This document shows positions 22,085 to 33,304 of a DNA stretch of 64,000 bases, piece by piece. Source of the stretch: Alphaproteobacteria bacterium (GTDB lineage: Bacteria; Pseudomonadota; Alphaproteobacteria; Bin95); the NCBI GenBank assembly GCA_964291285.2, contig OZ219788.1, forward strand, positions 352,001-416,000. The letters are read 5' to 3'. Position 1 is the stretch's first letter; each line of letters opens with the position of its first letter. The notes under the pieces are model-generated. The model had not been told where the DNA came from. It did not search any database and worked only from the letters and a program-made list of their open reading frames with translations. Position numbers and translations under genes: made by a program.

Positions 22085-23527
22085 ATGGCGGCTTTTGCGG
22101 ACTATGAAAACCACGATGCGGTGGGGCTGGCCGCGCTGGTCGCAAGCGGCGGGGCCGCGCCGGAGGAGCTTCTGGAGGCCGCGATCGAGCGGGTCGAGGC
22201 GCGCAACGGCGCCGTCAACGCCGTCACCGCCCGGCTCTACGACCACGGCCGGCAGGCCATCGCCGACGGGCTGCCCGACGGGCCGCTCCGGGGCGTGCCC
22301 TACCTGCTGAAGGACCTGAGCGCCTCGCTCGCCGGCTTCCCGACCACGCGCGGCTGCCGGTTCTTCGAGGACGCCGTGCCGGCCGAGGACAGCGAGCTCG
22401 TGAAGCGGCTGAAGCGCGCCGGCGTGGTGATCTTCGGGCGGACCAACACCTGCGAGCTCGGCCTCAGCCTCACCTGCGAGCCGCAATTGCACGGGGCGAC
22501 GAAGAACCCCTGGGACACGGCGCGCATATCCGGCGGCTCCAGCGGCGGGGCGGCCGCGGCCGTCGGCGCGCGCATGCTGCCGGCCGCCCACGCCTCGGAC
22601 GGCTTCGGCTCGATCCGCGCGCCGGCGGCCTGCTGCGGGCTGGTCGGGCTCAAGCCCACCCGCAACCGCAACACCATGGCGCCCTTCATGGGCGAGGGGC
22701 TGGGGGGCCTGTCCACCGAGCACGCCGTCACGCTCACCGTGCGCGACAGCGCCGCCCTGCTCGACGCCACGCGCGGGCCGGGCGCGGGCGACCCCTACAG
22801 CGCCGCACCCCCGGCCCGGCCCTTCCTGGAGGAGGCCGGCGCCGACCCCGGCCGGCTGCGCATCGCCTTTACCCGCCGCGCACCGAACGGCGCCGAAGTC
22901 GGGGCGGACGCGCTCCGCGTGCTGGAGGAGACCGCGGGCCTCGCCGCCGGGCTCGGGCACGAGGTGGAGGAGGCCGACCCCGCCATCGACGGCGGGGCCG
23001 TGGTGCCGGTCTTCCTCACCCTCATGGCGGCCAACACCGCGGTCAATCTCGCGAGCCACCCGACCGCCGGGCGCGCGGCCCGCGAGGACGAGGTGGAGCG
23101 CGTCACCTGGCTCTCCGCGCAGATGGCCGAACGGGTGAGCGGGGCGGACTATGTGCGCGCGACGCAGGCCATGCACCGGCTCGGCCGGCAGATGGCCGCC
23201 TTCCACGCCGGTTACGACCTGCTGCTGACGCCGGGGCTGGCGACGGGCGCCGCGGTCGAGCTCGGCTGGCTCGACATGATGATGGAGGACGTGGACGAAT
23301 ACTGGCGGCGCGTGTTCGCCTTCTCGCCCTTCACCGTCTGGTTCAACATCACCGGCCAGCCGGCGGTCATGCTGCCGGTCGGCACGAACGCCGCCGGCCT
23401 GCCGGTCGCCGTGCAGGCGGTGGCGCCCTACGGGGACGAGGCCGCGCTGTTGCGCTTCTCCGCCCAGATCGAGGCCGCCCGCCCCTGGTTCGCCCGCAAG
23501 CCGCCGCTCGCAGGCGGAACGGGCTGA
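22085..23527 (+). CDS. Amidase (amidase-signature family)
   Basis: GVPYLLKDL, SGGSSGGAAAAV, SDGFGSIRAPA. Confidence 0.95.
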   Translation: MAAFADYENHDAVGLAALVASGGAAPEELLEAAIERVEARNGAVNAVTARLYDHGRQAIADGLPDGPLRGVPYLLKDLSASLAGFPTTRGCRFFEDAVPAEDSELVKRLKRAGVVIFGRTNTCELGLSLTCEPQLHGATKNPWDTARISGGSSGGAAAAVGARMLPAAHASDGFGSIRAPAACCGLVGLKPTRNRNTMAPFMGEGLGGLSTEHAVTLTVRDSAALLDATRGPGAGDPYSAAPPARPFLEEAGADPGRLRIAFTRRAPNGAEVGADALRVLEETAGLAAGLGHEVEEADPAIDGGAVVPVFLTLMAANTAVNLASHPTAGRAAREDEVERVTWLSAQMAERVSGADYVRATQAMHRLGRQMAAFHAGYDLLLTPGLATGAAVELGWLDMMMEDVDEYWRRVFAFSPFTVWFNITGQPAVMLPVGTNAAGLPVAVQAVAPYGDEAALLRFSAQIEAARPWFARKPPLAGGTG

Positions 23528-23619
23528 GCCAGGGCCGGCGGGCGTTCCCGCCCATTCCGGGTGCATTGCCGATTTGCCCTTGCCCATCCTGCAACAACAA
23601 ATTATACATACACAGCGCA

Positions 23620-23910
23620 ATGCAATTCGAATGGGACGAAGCCAAGGACCGGGCGAATGTCGCCAAGCATGGGATCGATTTCGAGACCGCGAAACGGATA
23701 TTCGACGGTCCGGTGCTCACGCGGCCGGACCGGCGCCGGGATTACGGCGAGGAGCGGTATATCGGCATCGGCCGGGTGGCGGCCGCCACGGTCGTCGTAG
23801 CATATACCGAACGCGGCGGCCGCCTGCGGCTCATCTCGGCGCGCCCGGCGTCCGGCAAGGAGAGAAGGGCATATCGTGAGCGGATATTCGAGACCCCTGA
23901 CGCCGGCTGA
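23620..23910 (+). CDS. brnT: BrnT-family toxin
   Basis: MQFEWDEAKDRANVAKHGIDF...EERYIGIG...RLISARPA. Confidence 0.93.
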   Translation: MQFEWDEAKDRANVAKHGIDFETAKRIFDGPVLTRPDRRRDYGEERYIGIGRVAAATVVVAYTERGGRLRLISARPASGKERRAYRERIFETPDAG

Positions 23911-24133
23911 GATCGCGTCCGTCCCGGACGAGGAGATCGATTTCACCGACATCCCGGAACTGGACGCGGATTTCTGGCGCGAGGCCGAACTCGGCCGGCC
24001 CGACCGCACGGAGCAGATCACCATGCGCGTCAAGCGTTCGGTGCTGGACTATTTCCGCGCGCCCGGCAAGGGATACCAGACCCGGATCAACCGCGTGCTC
24101 GAAAGCTATGTGCGGGCGCAAGGCGGGTCGTGA
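23876..24133 (+). CDS. brnA: BrnA-family antitoxin
   Basis: IDFTDIPEL...ITMRVKRSVLDYFR..GKGYQTRINRVL. Confidence 0.93.
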   Translation: MSGYSRPLTPAEIASVPDEEIDFTDIPELDADFWREAELGRPDRTEQITMRVKRSVLDYFRAPGKGYQTRINRVLESYVRAQGGS

Positions 24134-24214
24134 CGGTGACGAGAAAACCGCGCTGACGGGCCGGATCTGCGCTATCCTGCCGGTTGACGCTTGCGGCTGC
24201 TGGAGGACGCCCGG

Positions 24215-25813
24215 ATGGACGACATTCTCATCAGGGGCGGCGAGGTCGTGAACGGGACCGGCGCGCCCGCGCGCAAGGCGGACGTGGCGATCCGGGGCGG
24301 GCGCATCCAGGCCGTCGAGGAGGGCTACACGGGCAGCGCGGAGACGGTGATCGACGCCGAGGGCCTGACCGTCGCGCCCGGCTTCATCGACATCCACACC
24401 CATTCCGACTTCACCCTGCCGCTCAACCCGAAGGCGGAATGCAAGATCCGCCAGGGCGTGACCACAGAGGTGGTCGGCAATTGCGGCTTCTCCGTGGCGC
24501 CCGCGCTGCCCGGCAAGGTGGAGATGCTGCGCGACTACCTCTCCGCGAGCGCGCCCTGGCTGCCCTTCGAGGAGACGGACTTCGCCCGCTACATGGACAC
24601 ATGGCCGGCGCTTTCGCTGAACACCGTCATGCAGGCCGGCCACAACACGCTACGCCTGATGGCGATGGGCATGGAGGACCGCGACCCCTCCGAGGCGGAG
24701 CTCCGGCACATGCAGGAGATGCTGGCGGAGGCGCTGGAGGCGGGCGCGCTCGGGCTTTCCTCCGGCCTCTTCACCGCGCCCGGCTGCTACGCCAGGCCGG
24801 AGGAGGTGCTGGCGCTCGGCCGGGTGGTGAAGGCGCATGGCGGGCGCTATTCGAGCCATGTGCGCGACGAGAGCCACGGCGTGCACGAGGCGGTGGCGGA
24901 AGCGATCGATGTCGGCGAGCAGTGCGGCATCCATGTCCAGGTGGCGCATCTCAAGCTCTCCGGCACCGGGCGCTGGGGCGAGGCGGATGAGCTGCTCGGC
25001 CAGTTCACGCGGGCGCGGGCGCGCGGCGTGGACGTGCACTGCGACCAGTATCCCTATGACTGGGCGACCAACCCGCTGCGTTTCCTGCTGCCGGTCTGGC
25101 TGCAGGAGGGCGGCATCGACGCGATGCTGGCGCGGCTCGCCAACCCGGAGATCCGCTCGCGCGTGCGCCAGAAGATCGCCGAGGTCGGCTTCAACAATTT
25201 CGGCCATATCGAGAGCTGGGACGATATCCGCATCGCCAACTCGCCCGGCGCCGCCCGGCCGGGCATGACCATCGCCGAGATCGCCGCCGAGCGCGACTGC
25301 GACCCGCTGGAGGCCGTGTTCGACATCACCGTCGAGGACCGGGGCGGGACGCGCATCCTGGTGCGCAGCATGTCGGAGGAGGACGTGCGGCGGATCGCGG
25401 CCGAGCCCTCCATGACGGTCGGCTCCGACGGCCCCTGCGTCGCGCCCTACGGCGTCACCTCCCAGGGCAAGCCGCATCCGAGGCTCTACGGCACCTTCCC
25501 GCGCGTGCTCGGCCGCTACGCCCGCGACGAGGGCCTGCTGAGCCTGCCGCAGGCGGTCGCGAAGATGACCGGCAACGCGGCCCGCGCCCTCGGCATGGCG
25601 GACCGGGGCCTGCTGCGCGGAGGCCAGGCGGCCGATGTCGCGCTGTTCGACGCAGGCACGATCCGCGACGAGGCGACCTTCGACGAGCCGCACACCTACC
25701 CGGCGGGCGTCGAGACGGTGATCGTCAACGGCGAGGTGGTCATCCACGGGGGCGAACACACCGGCGCGCTCCCCGGCCGCCTCCTCCGCCGCCGCGAGGG
25801 CGTGCTGGGTTAG
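24215..25813 (+). CDS. N-acyl-D-amino-acid deacylase (D-aminoacylase)
   Basis: APGFIDIHTHSD, GVTTEVVGNCG, PHPRLYGTFPRVLG. Confidence 0.93.
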   Translation: MDDILIRGGEVVNGTGAPARKADVAIRGGRIQAVEEGYTGSAETVIDAEGLTVAPGFIDIHTHSDFTLPLNPKAECKIRQGVTTEVVGNCGFSVAPALPGKVEMLRDYLSASAPWLPFEETDFARYMDTWPALSLNTVMQAGHNTLRLMAMGMEDRDPSEAELRHMQEMLAEALEAGALGLSSGLFTAPGCYARPEEVLALGRVVKAHGGRYSSHVRDESHGVHEAVAEAIDVGEQCGIHVQVAHLKLSGTGRWGEADELLGQFTRARARGVDVHCDQYPYDWATNPLRFLLPVWLQEGGIDAMLARLANPEIRSRVRQKIAEVGFNNFGHIESWDDIRIANSPGAARPGMTIAEIAAERDCDPLEAVFDITVEDRGGTRILVRSMSEEDVRRIAAEPSMTVGSDGPCVAPYGVTSQGKPHPRLYGTFPRVLGRYARDEGLLSLPQAVAKMTGNAARALGMADRGLLRGGQAADVALFDAGTIRDEATFDEPHTYPAGVETVIVNGEVVIHGGEHTGALPGRLLRRREGVLG

Positions 25814-26217
25814 TGCCCCGCGGGCAGTTCCGCCAGTTCGATGACGATGCCGCCGGTGGACGCCGGGTCGAGGAAGGCGATGCGGCTGCCGCCGTGGCCG
25901 GTGCGGGGCGTCTCGTCGATCAGGCGCACGCCCTTGCCTTTCAGTTCCGCGAGCGCGGCGTCGATGTCGTCCACCTCGAAGCAGAGATGGTAGATGCTCT
26001 CGCCCTTGTCCTCGATCCAGCCGTTCACCTGCGAGGCCGGGCCCTCGGCCTGCAGCAGCTCGATGCTGGTCTCGCCGACCGGATACATGGCGAGCCGCGT
26101 GTCGCCGATGCGCTCCTCATAGTCGAGTTCGAGACCGAGCGTCTCCTCCAGCATCTTCATCGATGCCTTCATGTCGCGCACCGCGATGGCGACATGTTCC
26201 ACGCGCTTGAGTTTCAT
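25810..26217 (-). CDS. mce: Methylmalonyl-CoA epimerase (VOC family)
   Basis: HVAIAV, IELLQ, HLCFEVDDI, IAFLDP..TGGIVIEL. Confidence 0.8.
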   Translation of the reverse strand: MKLKRVEHVAIAVRDMKASMKMLEETLGLELDYEERIGDTRLAMYPVGETSIELLQAEGPASQVNGWIEDKGESIYHLCFEVDDIDAALAELKGKGVRLIDETPRTGHGGSRIAFLDPASTGGIVIELAELPAGH

Positions 26218-26257
26218 GCTTTGCTCACCCGTTCATCCGTTACCCGTTCGGGCGGGC

Positions 26258-27325
26258 ATGTTCCTCCGCGAATCCGGCCATTACAAGACCAGTTACCGCG
26301 CCGACATGGCGCTGTTCCCGCATCCGGCCGTCGCCCGGACCGTGTGGGCCTCGCTGTTCCTGCTGTTCGTGCCGGTGCCGCTGTTCGGCAGCGAGCACCT
26401 GCTGGCGGTGCTGACGCTCAACGCGATCAACCTCACGGGCGCGCTCGGGCTCACCATCCTGCTCGGCTATGCCGGCCAGATCTCGCTCGGCCACGGCGCC
26501 TTCATGTCGGTCGGCGCCTACACGGCCGCCAATCTCGCGGTGCGGCTCGACATGCCGTTCTGGCTCACGCTCCCGGCCGGCGCGGCCATGGCGGCACTGG
26601 TCGGCATCGTCGTCGGCCTGCCGTCGCTGCGCATCCGCGGCTTCTACCTCGCCATCGCCACGCTCGCCGCGCAGCTCGTCATCGAGTGGATCATCAACCG
26701 CACGCCGGCGATCTCGGGCGGCATCCAGGCCTCGATCCACGTGCCGCGCCCGGAACTGTTCGGGCTCAGGCTCGACAGCGCGGCGGAGCTCTACCTGTTC
26801 GTCATGGCCGTGGCCGTCGCCGGGCTGCTGGCGGCGCTCAATCTCGGCCGCTCCCGCCTCGGCCGCGCCATGGTGGCCGTGCGCGAGCACGAGACCGCGG
26901 CCTCCCTCATGGGCGTGGACACCGCCCGGGTGAAGCTCGCCGCCTTCGCCCTCTCGGCGGCCTATGGCGGCGTTGCGGGCGTGCTGTTCACCTACTATCT
27001 GGGCGTCGCCAACTACCAGCAATACACCTTCGCCATTTCCATCTACTACCTCGCCGTCAACATCATCGGCGGGCTCGGCAGCGTGTGGGGCGCGCTGCTG
27101 GGGCTCGCCTTCCTCAGCCTCGTGCCGCGCTTTGTCTTCCTCGCCATGACCTCGGTCGGGTCCTGGTTCGTGGACCTCGCCTATATGGCGCAGGCGGTCG
27201 CCCAGGTGCGCCAGATGACCTTCGGCATCCTGATCCTGGTCTTCCTGGTGCTGGAGCCGGAGGGCCTGGCCGCGCTCTGGCGGCGGGCGCGCAATTGGCT
27301 CCGCGTCTGGCCCTTCTCCTACTGA
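26258..27325 (+). CDS. Branched-chain amino acid ABC transporter permease (LivM-like), no partner genes nearby
   Basis: GYAGQISLGHGAF, RIRGFYLAIATLA, IIGGLGSVWG. Confidence 0.92.
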   Translation: MFLRESGHYKTSYRADMALFPHPAVARTVWASLFLLFVPVPLFGSEHLLAVLTLNAINLTGALGLTILLGYAGQISLGHGAFMSVGAYTAANLAVRLDMPFWLTLPAGAAMAALVGIVVGLPSLRIRGFYLAIATLAAQLVIEWIINRTPAISGGIQASIHVPRPELFGLRLDSAAELYLFVMAVAVAGLLAALNLGRSRLGRAMVAVREHETAASLMGVDTARVKLAAFALSAAYGGVAGVLFTYYLGVANYQQYTFAISIYYLAVNIIGGLGSVWGALLGLAFLSLVPRFVFLAMTSVGSWFVDLAYMAQAVAQVRQMTFGILILVFLVLEPEGLAALWRRARNWLRVWPFSY

Positions 27326-28365
27326 ACGCCGCCGAGGCAGTCCGCGAGGCTCTGCGCAAGCTCTTGGATCAGCGCCGGGTAGAGTCCCGGACCGGCTTCG
27401 AGGTCCGCGCCCAGCGGGTCGAGCACGGCGATGCGCGCGCCGGTTCCCTCCGCCGCCGTCTGCGCCAGCTTCGGATCGAGTTGCGGCTCGATGAACACGC
27501 AGAGCGCGCTGTGTTCGCGCATCTCGCTGCGGATACGGTCGAGGCGCGCCGGGCCGGGCGGTGCGGCGTCGGACAGCGCCACCGAACCGGCAGCCTCGAT
27601 CCCGAAGCGGTGCTCGAAATAGTGGTAGGCGTCATGCGCGGTGAAGAACGCCTTGCCGCGCACGGGCGCCACGACGGCCTCCACCCGCGCCGCCAGCGCA
27701 TCGAGCTCTGCCGCCCCGGCCGCGGCATTGGCCTTGTAGGCATCCGCATTGGCCGGGTCGATTGCCGCCAGGCGCGCGGCCATTTCGACGAGCATGGCCT
27801 TGCCGTTGGCGGGGTCGAGCCAGATATGCGGGTCCATGTCGCCATGGTGCTCGTGGCCGTGCTCGTCCTTGTGAGCGTGTTCGTCCTTATGGCCGTGCTC
27901 GTCCTTGTGGTCTTCGTCCTCCTTGTGGGCGTGCTCGTCCTTATGGTCGTCGTCCTCGTGGGCGTGCTTCTCCTTGCCGTCATGGTCGTCGTCATGGTCG
28001 CCGTGCCCGTCCTCGCCGAACGCCAGCAGCGCCACCCCCGGCGCCTCCATCAGCTCGACCGACACGGCGTCCGCGGCGAGGCTCTCCACCGCGTCCTCGA
28101 GCCAGGGGGTCAGCCCCTCGCCTATCCAGAACACGATATCGGCCGCTTGCAGCCGGGCCGCCTCGGAGGGCCGCATGGAATAGCCGTGCGGCGTCACGCC
28201 CGGCGGCAGGATCGATATCGGCTCGCCCACGCCCTGCATCACGCGCGCCGCGAGCGAGTGGACCGGCGGAATGTCCGTCACGACCTCGGGCGCCGCCGCG
28301 GCCGGCAGGGCGGCGAAGGAGGCGAGCGCGGCGAACAGCGGGAGTCGAAAGAAGCGGCGTTTCAT
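27319..28365 (-). CDS. znuA: Zinc ABC transporter substrate-binding protein with His/Asp-rich loop
   Basis: TPHGYSMRPS, HKDEH repeats, DPHIWLDP, HDAYHYF. Confidence 0.95.
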   Translation of the reverse strand: MKRRFFRLPLFAALASFAALPAAAAPEVVTDIPPVHSLAARVMQGVGEPISILPPGVTPHGYSMRPSEAARLQAADIVFWIGEGLTPWLEDAVESLAADAVSVELMEAPGVALLAFGEDGHGDHDDDHDGKEKHAHEDDDHKDEHAHKEDEDHKDEHGHKDEHAHKDEHGHEHHGDMDPHIWLDPANGKAMLVEMAARLAAIDPANADAYKANAAAGAAELDALAARVEAVVAPVRGKAFFTAHDAYHYFEHRFGIEAAGSVALSDAAPPGPARLDRIRSEMREHSALCVFIEPQLDPKLAQTAAEGTGARIAVLDPLGADLEAGPGLYPALIQELAQSLADCLGGVQ

Positions 28366-28402
28366 GCTGGCATCCTGTATCCTGAGGATGGATCGATCTG
28401 CT

Positions 28403-28424
28403 CGTTAGCACAGTATAACATTCC
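28403..28424. promoter_or_regulatory. Possible Zur box between the divergent znuA and zur
   Basis: Contains the half-site TATAACATT; only the position and one half-site support it. Confidence 0.4.
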
Positions 28425-28442
28425 GGAACGGCGGGAAGGCGG

Positions 28443-28964
28443 ATGGCGGCAGCAAGACGGACGGAACGGACAGCGGCTGCTGAGGCCATGCACCCGCACG
28501 ATCACGGCGACTGCATCCGCCGCGTGCTCGACGAGGCCGAACGCCGGGCCTCGGAGGACAAGGTCAATTTCACGCCCGTCCGCCGGCATGCTCTCGAAAT
28601 TCTGCTGGAAAGCCACGCCGCCATGCCCGCATACGGCTTGCTGAAGCGCCTGGATGAGGACGGCTTCGGTTCGCAGCCGCCGGTGGCTTACCGGGCGCTC
28701 GATTTCCTCATCGAGCAGGGTTTCGTCCACAAGGTCGAGCGGCTGAACGCATATGTCGCCTGCATGTATCCGCATGAAACGCACACGCCGGCCTTCCTGA
28801 TCTGCCGCAATTGCCGCTCGGTGGCCGAGACTTGCGTGTCGCCCACCCCGGCCGCGCTGCGGCAGGAGGCGCGGGCGGCGGGCTTCACCATCGAACGCTC
28901 CATGATGGAGGCGGAAGGACTCTGCCGCGCCTGCGCCGCGGAAGGCGGCCCGCCTTGCAACTGA
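28443..28964 (+). CDS. zur: Zinc uptake regulator (Fur family)
   Basis: HDHGDC, PPVAYRALDFL, FLICRNC, EAEGLCRAC; upstream of znuCB. Confidence 0.92.
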   Translation: MAAARRTERTAAAEAMHPHDHGDCIRRVLDEAERRASEDKVNFTPVRRHALEILLESHAAMPAYGLLKRLDEDGFGSQPPVAYRALDFLIEQGFVHKVERLNAYVACMYPHETHTPAFLICRNCRSVAETCVSPTPAALRQEARAAGFTIERSMMEAEGLCRACAAEGGPPCN

Positions 28965-29674
28965 TCGCGGCGCACGGCCTTTCGGTCAGGCTCGGAGCGC
29001 AACTGGCGCTGCAGGATATCGACCTCGCGGTGGAGCGCGGCGAGATCGTGACCGTCGTCGGCCCCAACGGCTCGGGCAAGACCACGCTGCTGCGCGCGCT
29101 GGTCGGCGCCGTGGCCCCGGCGGCCGGGCGCGTCGAACAGGCGCCCGGGTTGCGCATCGGCTATGTGCCGCAGCGCCTGCATCTCGACTCGACCCTGCCG
29201 ATTACGGTCGCGCGCTTCCTCCGGCTCGGGGCCCGGCGGCGGAACGGCAGCGTCGCGCGCGCGCTGGAGGAGACCGGCGTGCCGGAGCTCGCCAAGCGGC
29301 AGATGACGGCGCTCTCCGGCGGGCAGTTCCAGCGCGTGCTGCTCGCGCGCGCGCTGCTGGCCGAGCCCGACCTGCTGCTGCTCGACGAGCCGGCGCAGGG
29401 CCTGGACCATCCGGGCATGGCCGCGCTCTACCGGCTGGTCGGGGCGGTGCGCGACCGGCTGGACTGCGGCGTGCTGATGGTCAGCCACGACCTGCATGTG
29501 GTGATGGGGGCGACAGACCGCGTGATCGCGCTCAACGGCGTCATCTGGTGCGAGGGGCCGCCCGTGGCCGTGTCCTCGGCTGAGGAATACCGCATGCTGT
29601 TCGGCGAGGCGGAGCCGGGCGCGCTCGCCTTCAACCGCCACACGCCGGAGGACGGGTGCTCGACGACTTCCTGA
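28955..29674 (+). CDS. znuC: Zinc ABC transporter ATP-binding protein
   Basis: GPNGSGKT, LSGGQFQR, LLLDEP, VSHDLH; TTG start at 28955. Confidence 0.93.
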   Translation: MQLIAAHGLSVRLGAQLALQDIDLAVERGEIVTVVGPNGSGKTTLLRALVGAVAPAAGRVEQAPGLRIGYVPQRLHLDSTLPITVARFLRLGARRRNGSVARALEETGVPELAKRQMTALSGGQFQRVLLARALLAEPDLLLLDEPAQGLDHPGMAALYRLVGAVRDRLDCGVLMVSHDLHVVMGATDRVIALNGVIWCEGPPVAVSSAEEYRMLFGEAEPGALAFNRHTPEDGCSTTS

Positions 29675-30453
29675 CACGCGCCTGTCTTGCCGGCATCGGA
29701 GTGGCGCTCGCGGCGGGTCCGCTCGGCTGCTTCGTCGTCTGGCGGCGGATCGCCTATTTCGGCGATGCGACCGCTCACGCCGCGATACTGGGCGTCGCCA
29801 TTTCGCTCGCCTTTTCGATGTCCATCGTCATCGGCGTGCTCGCCGCTGCGGTGGCGATGGCGGTCACCGTCTCGACGCTCTCCGGGCGGGGCCTCGCCAT
29901 GGACACGCTGCTGGGCGTCGCCTCGCATGGCAGCCTCGCCGTCGGCCTGGTCGCGGTTGCGGTCGCATCGCCGCGCGCCATCGATGTGGAAGCCTATCTG
30001 TTCGGTGAAATCCTGGCCGTGACGCGCGGCGACCTCGCGGTGATCTGGGGCGGGGCAGCGGTGGTGCTGGGCCTGGTCGTCTGGTGCTGGCCGGCGCTTC
30101 TGACCGCAACGCTCAGCCCCGAACTGGCGCGCGGCGGCGGCATCGACCCGCAGCGCGAGCAGCTCATCCTGACCATAGCAATCGCGGTGCTCGTCGCCGT
30201 CTCGATCAAGGTGGTCGGCGCGTTGCTGATTACCGCCATGCTCATCATTCCCGCCGCCGCCGCCCGGCCGGTCTCCGGCACGCCGGAGCGCATGGCGGCA
30301 GCCGCCGCGCTCATTGCCGTCGCATCCGTCTTCGCCGGCCTTGCCGCGTCCTGGCGCTGGGACACGCCGACCGGCCCCAGCATCGTGACCCTGGCCGTGC
30401 TGTTCTTCGCCGTCTCCTGCTCGCTGGGCGCGCTCCGGCGGAAAGCGGGTTGA
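29656..30453 (+). CDS. znuB: Zinc ABC transporter permease
   Basis: [45 protein letters not shown]. Confidence 0.93.
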   Translation: MLDDFLTRACLAGIGVALAAGPLGCFVVWRRIAYFGDATAHAAILGVAISLAFSMSIVIGVLAAAVAMAVTVSTLSGRGLAMDTLLGVASHGSLAVGLVAVAVASPRAIDVEAYLFGEILAVTRGDLAVIWGGAAVVLGLVVWCWPALLTATLSPELARGGGIDPQREQLILTIAIAVLVAVSIKVVGALLITAMLIIPAAAARPVSGTPERMAAAAALIAVASVFAGLAASWRWDTPTGPSIVTLAVLFFAVSCSLGALRRKAG

Positions 30454-30560
30454 ACCGGGCCGCGGCCCCGACGCGGAATCGGGGTCAATCGGCGTTTGCG
30501 CCGAGCGCCCCGGCTTGTCATTCTGCGTCCCTTCCGTCCGGCGAGGAGAGGGCGCCCCCC

Positions 30561-32234
30561 ATGGCCAAGAGCGATATCGAAATTGCGCGCGAAGCGGTTT
30601 TGCGGCCGATCGGCGAGATCGGCGAGCGCCTCGGAATCCCCGGGAGCGCGCTGGTGCCTTACGGCAGCGACAAGGCCAAGGTGAGCGCGGATTTCATCGA
30701 CGGTCTGGCCGGCCGGCCCGACGGCAAGCTCATCCTGGTGACCGCCATGACGCCGACGCCCGCGGGCGAAGGCAAGACGACCACCACGGTCGGCCTCGGC
30801 GACGGGCTGAACCGCATAGGCCGGAACACGGCGATCTGCCTGCGGGAGCCTTCGCTCGGCCCCTGCTTCGGCATGAAGGGCGGCGCTGCCGGCGGCGGCT
30901 ACGCACAGGTCGTGCCGATGGAGGACATCAACCTCCATTTCACCGGCGACATGCACGCCATCGGCGCCGCGCACAACCTGCTCTCGGCCATGACGGACAA
31001 CCACATCTACTGGGGCAACGGGCTGGAGCTGGACGCGCGCCGGGTGACATGGCGGCGCGTGGTGGACATGAACGACCGGGCGCTCCGCGACATCGCGGTC
31101 TCGCTCGGCGGCGTCGCCAACGGCTTCCCGCGCCAGACCGGATACGACATCACCGTGGCCTCCGAGATCATGGCGATCCTCTGCCTCGCCTCGGACCGCG
31201 CGGACCTGCAGCGCCGGCTCGGCCAGATCCATGTCGGCGGGCGGCGCGACCAGTCGCCGGTCACGGCGAGCGACCTGAAGGCGGACGGCGCGATGACCGT
31301 GCTGCTGAAGGACGCGCTGCAGCCGAACCTCGTGCAGACGCTGGAAGGCAACCCGGCTTTCGTCCACGGCGGCCCGTTCGCCAATATCGCGCATGGCTGC
31401 AACAGCGTGGTCGCGACGAAGGCGGCGCTCAAGCTGGCCGACTATGTGGTCACGGAAGCGGGCTTCGGGGCGGACCTCGGCGCGGAGAAGTTCTTCGACA
31501 TCAAGTGCCGCAAGGCGGGGCTCGAGCCCGATGCGGTTGTGGTGGTGGCAACGGTGCGCGCGCTCAAGATGCATGGCGGCATCGAGCGGGGTGCGCTCGG
31601 CGAGGAGGACGTCACTGCCGTCGAGCGGGGCTTCGCCAATCTCGGCCGCCATCTCGACAATGTCGCCAAATTCGGGGTGCCGGCGGTGGTGGCGATCAAC
31701 CGTTTCACGGCGGACACGGATGCTGAAATCGCGGCGGTCCGGCGCCTTGCCGACGAGCGCGGCGCCTCCGCCCATGTCTGCACGCACTGGGCCGAGGGCG
31801 GCGCGGGCACGGAGAGCCTGGCTGAGGCGGTCGCCGCGCTCGCGGACAGCGGCGATGCGGAGTTCGTCCCGATCTACCCGGACGGGCTGCCGCTCTGGGA
31901 GAAGATCGAGGCCGTCGCGCGCGAAATCTACCGAGCCGACGGGGCCGAGGCGCCGGCGCGGGTGAAGGACCAGCTCGCGCGCTTCGAGGCCGGCGGGTTC
32001 AGCCATGTGCCGGTCTGCATGGCGAAGACGCAATACAGCTTTTCTTCCGACCCTGTTCTGCGGGGCGCGCCCGGGGGCTACACCATCCCGGTGCGCGAGG
32101 TGCGGCTTGCGGCCGGCGCGGAGTTCGTGGTCGCGGTCTGCGGCGACATCATGACCATGCCCGGCCTGCCGCGCGTGCCGGCGGCCGAAGCCATCGGCCT
32201 CGACGAGGGCGGCGAGGTGGTAGGGCTGTTCTGA
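30561..32234 (+). CDS. fhs: Formate--tetrahydrofolate ligase
   Basis: [49 protein letters not shown]. Confidence 0.97.
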   Translation: MAKSDIEIAREAVLRPIGEIGERLGIPGSALVPYGSDKAKVSADFIDGLAGRPDGKLILVTAMTPTPAGEGKTTTTVGLGDGLNRIGRNTAICLREPSLGPCFGMKGGAAGGGYAQVVPMEDINLHFTGDMHAIGAAHNLLSAMTDNHIYWGNGLELDARRVTWRRVVDMNDRALRDIAVSLGGVANGFPRQTGYDITVASEIMAILCLASDRADLQRRLGQIHVGGRRDQSPVTASDLKADGAMTVLLKDALQPNLVQTLEGNPAFVHGGPFANIAHGCNSVVATKAALKLADYVVTEAGFGADLGAEKFFDIKCRKAGLEPDAVVVVATVRALKMHGGIERGALGEEDVTAVERGFANLGRHLDNVAKFGVPAVVAINRFTADTDAEIAAVRRLADERGASAHVCTHWAEGGAGTESLAEAVAALADSGDAEFVPIYPDGLPLWEKIEAVAREIYRADGAEAPARVKDQLARFEAGGFSHVPVCMAKTQYSFSSDPVLRGAPGGYTIPVREVRLAAGAEFVVAVCGDIMTMPGLPRVPAAEAIGLDEGGEVVGLF

Positions 32235-32295
32235 CCGGGCACCGGCGCCGCCTGCCTCGGCGGAAGCGGGGTGGCGAAGAGGGCGCGGCGCCGCC

Positions 32296-33024
32296 CTACA
32301 GCGTGATCCCGCCGTCGGCGATGAAGACGGCGCCGGTGGTGTAGGCGCTTTCGTCGGCGGCGAGGTGGACGGCGAGCGCCGCGATCTCCTCCGCCGTGCC
32401 GAGGCGCCCGAGCGGCTGGCGGGCGATGAAGTCCTTCCGCGCCTGCACGGGGTCGTCGAAGGCGGCGATGCGCTCGTCCAGCGAGGGCGACTGCACGGTG
32501 CCGGGCGCAATCGCATTGCAGCGCACGCCCGTCGAGATCGCGTCCGCCGCGACCGCGCGCGTCATGCCGATCACCGCCGCCTTGGTGGTGGAATAGACCG
32601 CGCGGAAGGGGACGCCCTTCAGGTTGGACGCGACCGAGGCCATATTGACGATGGAACCCCGGCCCGCCTCGATCATGCCGGGCAGGAAGGCCCGGATGGT
32701 GCGGAACATCGACTTCACATTGAGGTCGAAGGCGGAATCGAGTTCTGCTTCCGTCGCCTCCAGGATCGTGCCGTGATGGACGAACCCCGCGACATTGCAG
32801 AGCGCGTCCACCCGGCCGAGCCGTTCGGCGAACGCCGCAATGGCTGCCTCGTCGGTCACGTCCAGACGGTGCGTCCCGATGCCGCCGCCCATGTCCGCCA
32901 GCTTTTCCGGCGCGATGTCGGTCGCCGCGACCCGCGCGCCCTCCGCTGCCGCCGCCAGCGCAATGGCGCGGCCGATGCCCTGTCCCGCCGCCGTCACCAG
33001 AACCGTCTTGCCTTCGAGTCGCAT
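32296..33024 (-). CDS. SDR-family oxidoreductase (BDH2-like)
   Basis: TAAGQGIG, YSTTK, NAIAPGTV. Confidence 0.92.
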   Translation of the reverse strand: MRLEGKTVLVTAAGQGIGRAIALAAAAEGARVAATDIAPEKLADMGGGIGTHRLDVTDEAAIAAFAERLGRVDALCNVAGFVHHGTILEATEAELDSAFDLNVKSMFRTIRAFLPGMIEAGRGSIVNMASVASNLKGVPFRAVYSTTKAAVIGMTRAVAADAISTGVRCNAIAPGTVQSPSLDERIAAFDDPVQARKDFIARQPLGRLGTAEEIAALAVHLAADESAYTTGAVFIADGGITL

Positions 33025-33304
33025 GGAAGCCCCTTCCCCTTCCCGGCCCGCGCCCTTGACCGCCCGCCGGACTCTGTCCACCTGAACAGCCTGAATGTCG
33101 CCGCTCAAGCCGGAGACGTAAAGGAGGCTCGGCGCCGCCATGCCGGACCGGAACCCCGCCGCGCCGCCGCGCTTGGCCGGGGAACCGCGAATGCACTAAC
33201 ATCCCGGCCCGACTGGTCGGCTGGAGCCGGTCGTCGGGGCCTGCTGCAGGCCGCTTGTTTCGCGATGCCGGCGGACCGGAAACCCGGCAGAGGGCAGTGA
33301 CCGC

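Noticed and set aside
27840-28010. Tandem His/Asp/Glu-coding repeats
   Set aside because: Normal His-rich loop of ZnuA.
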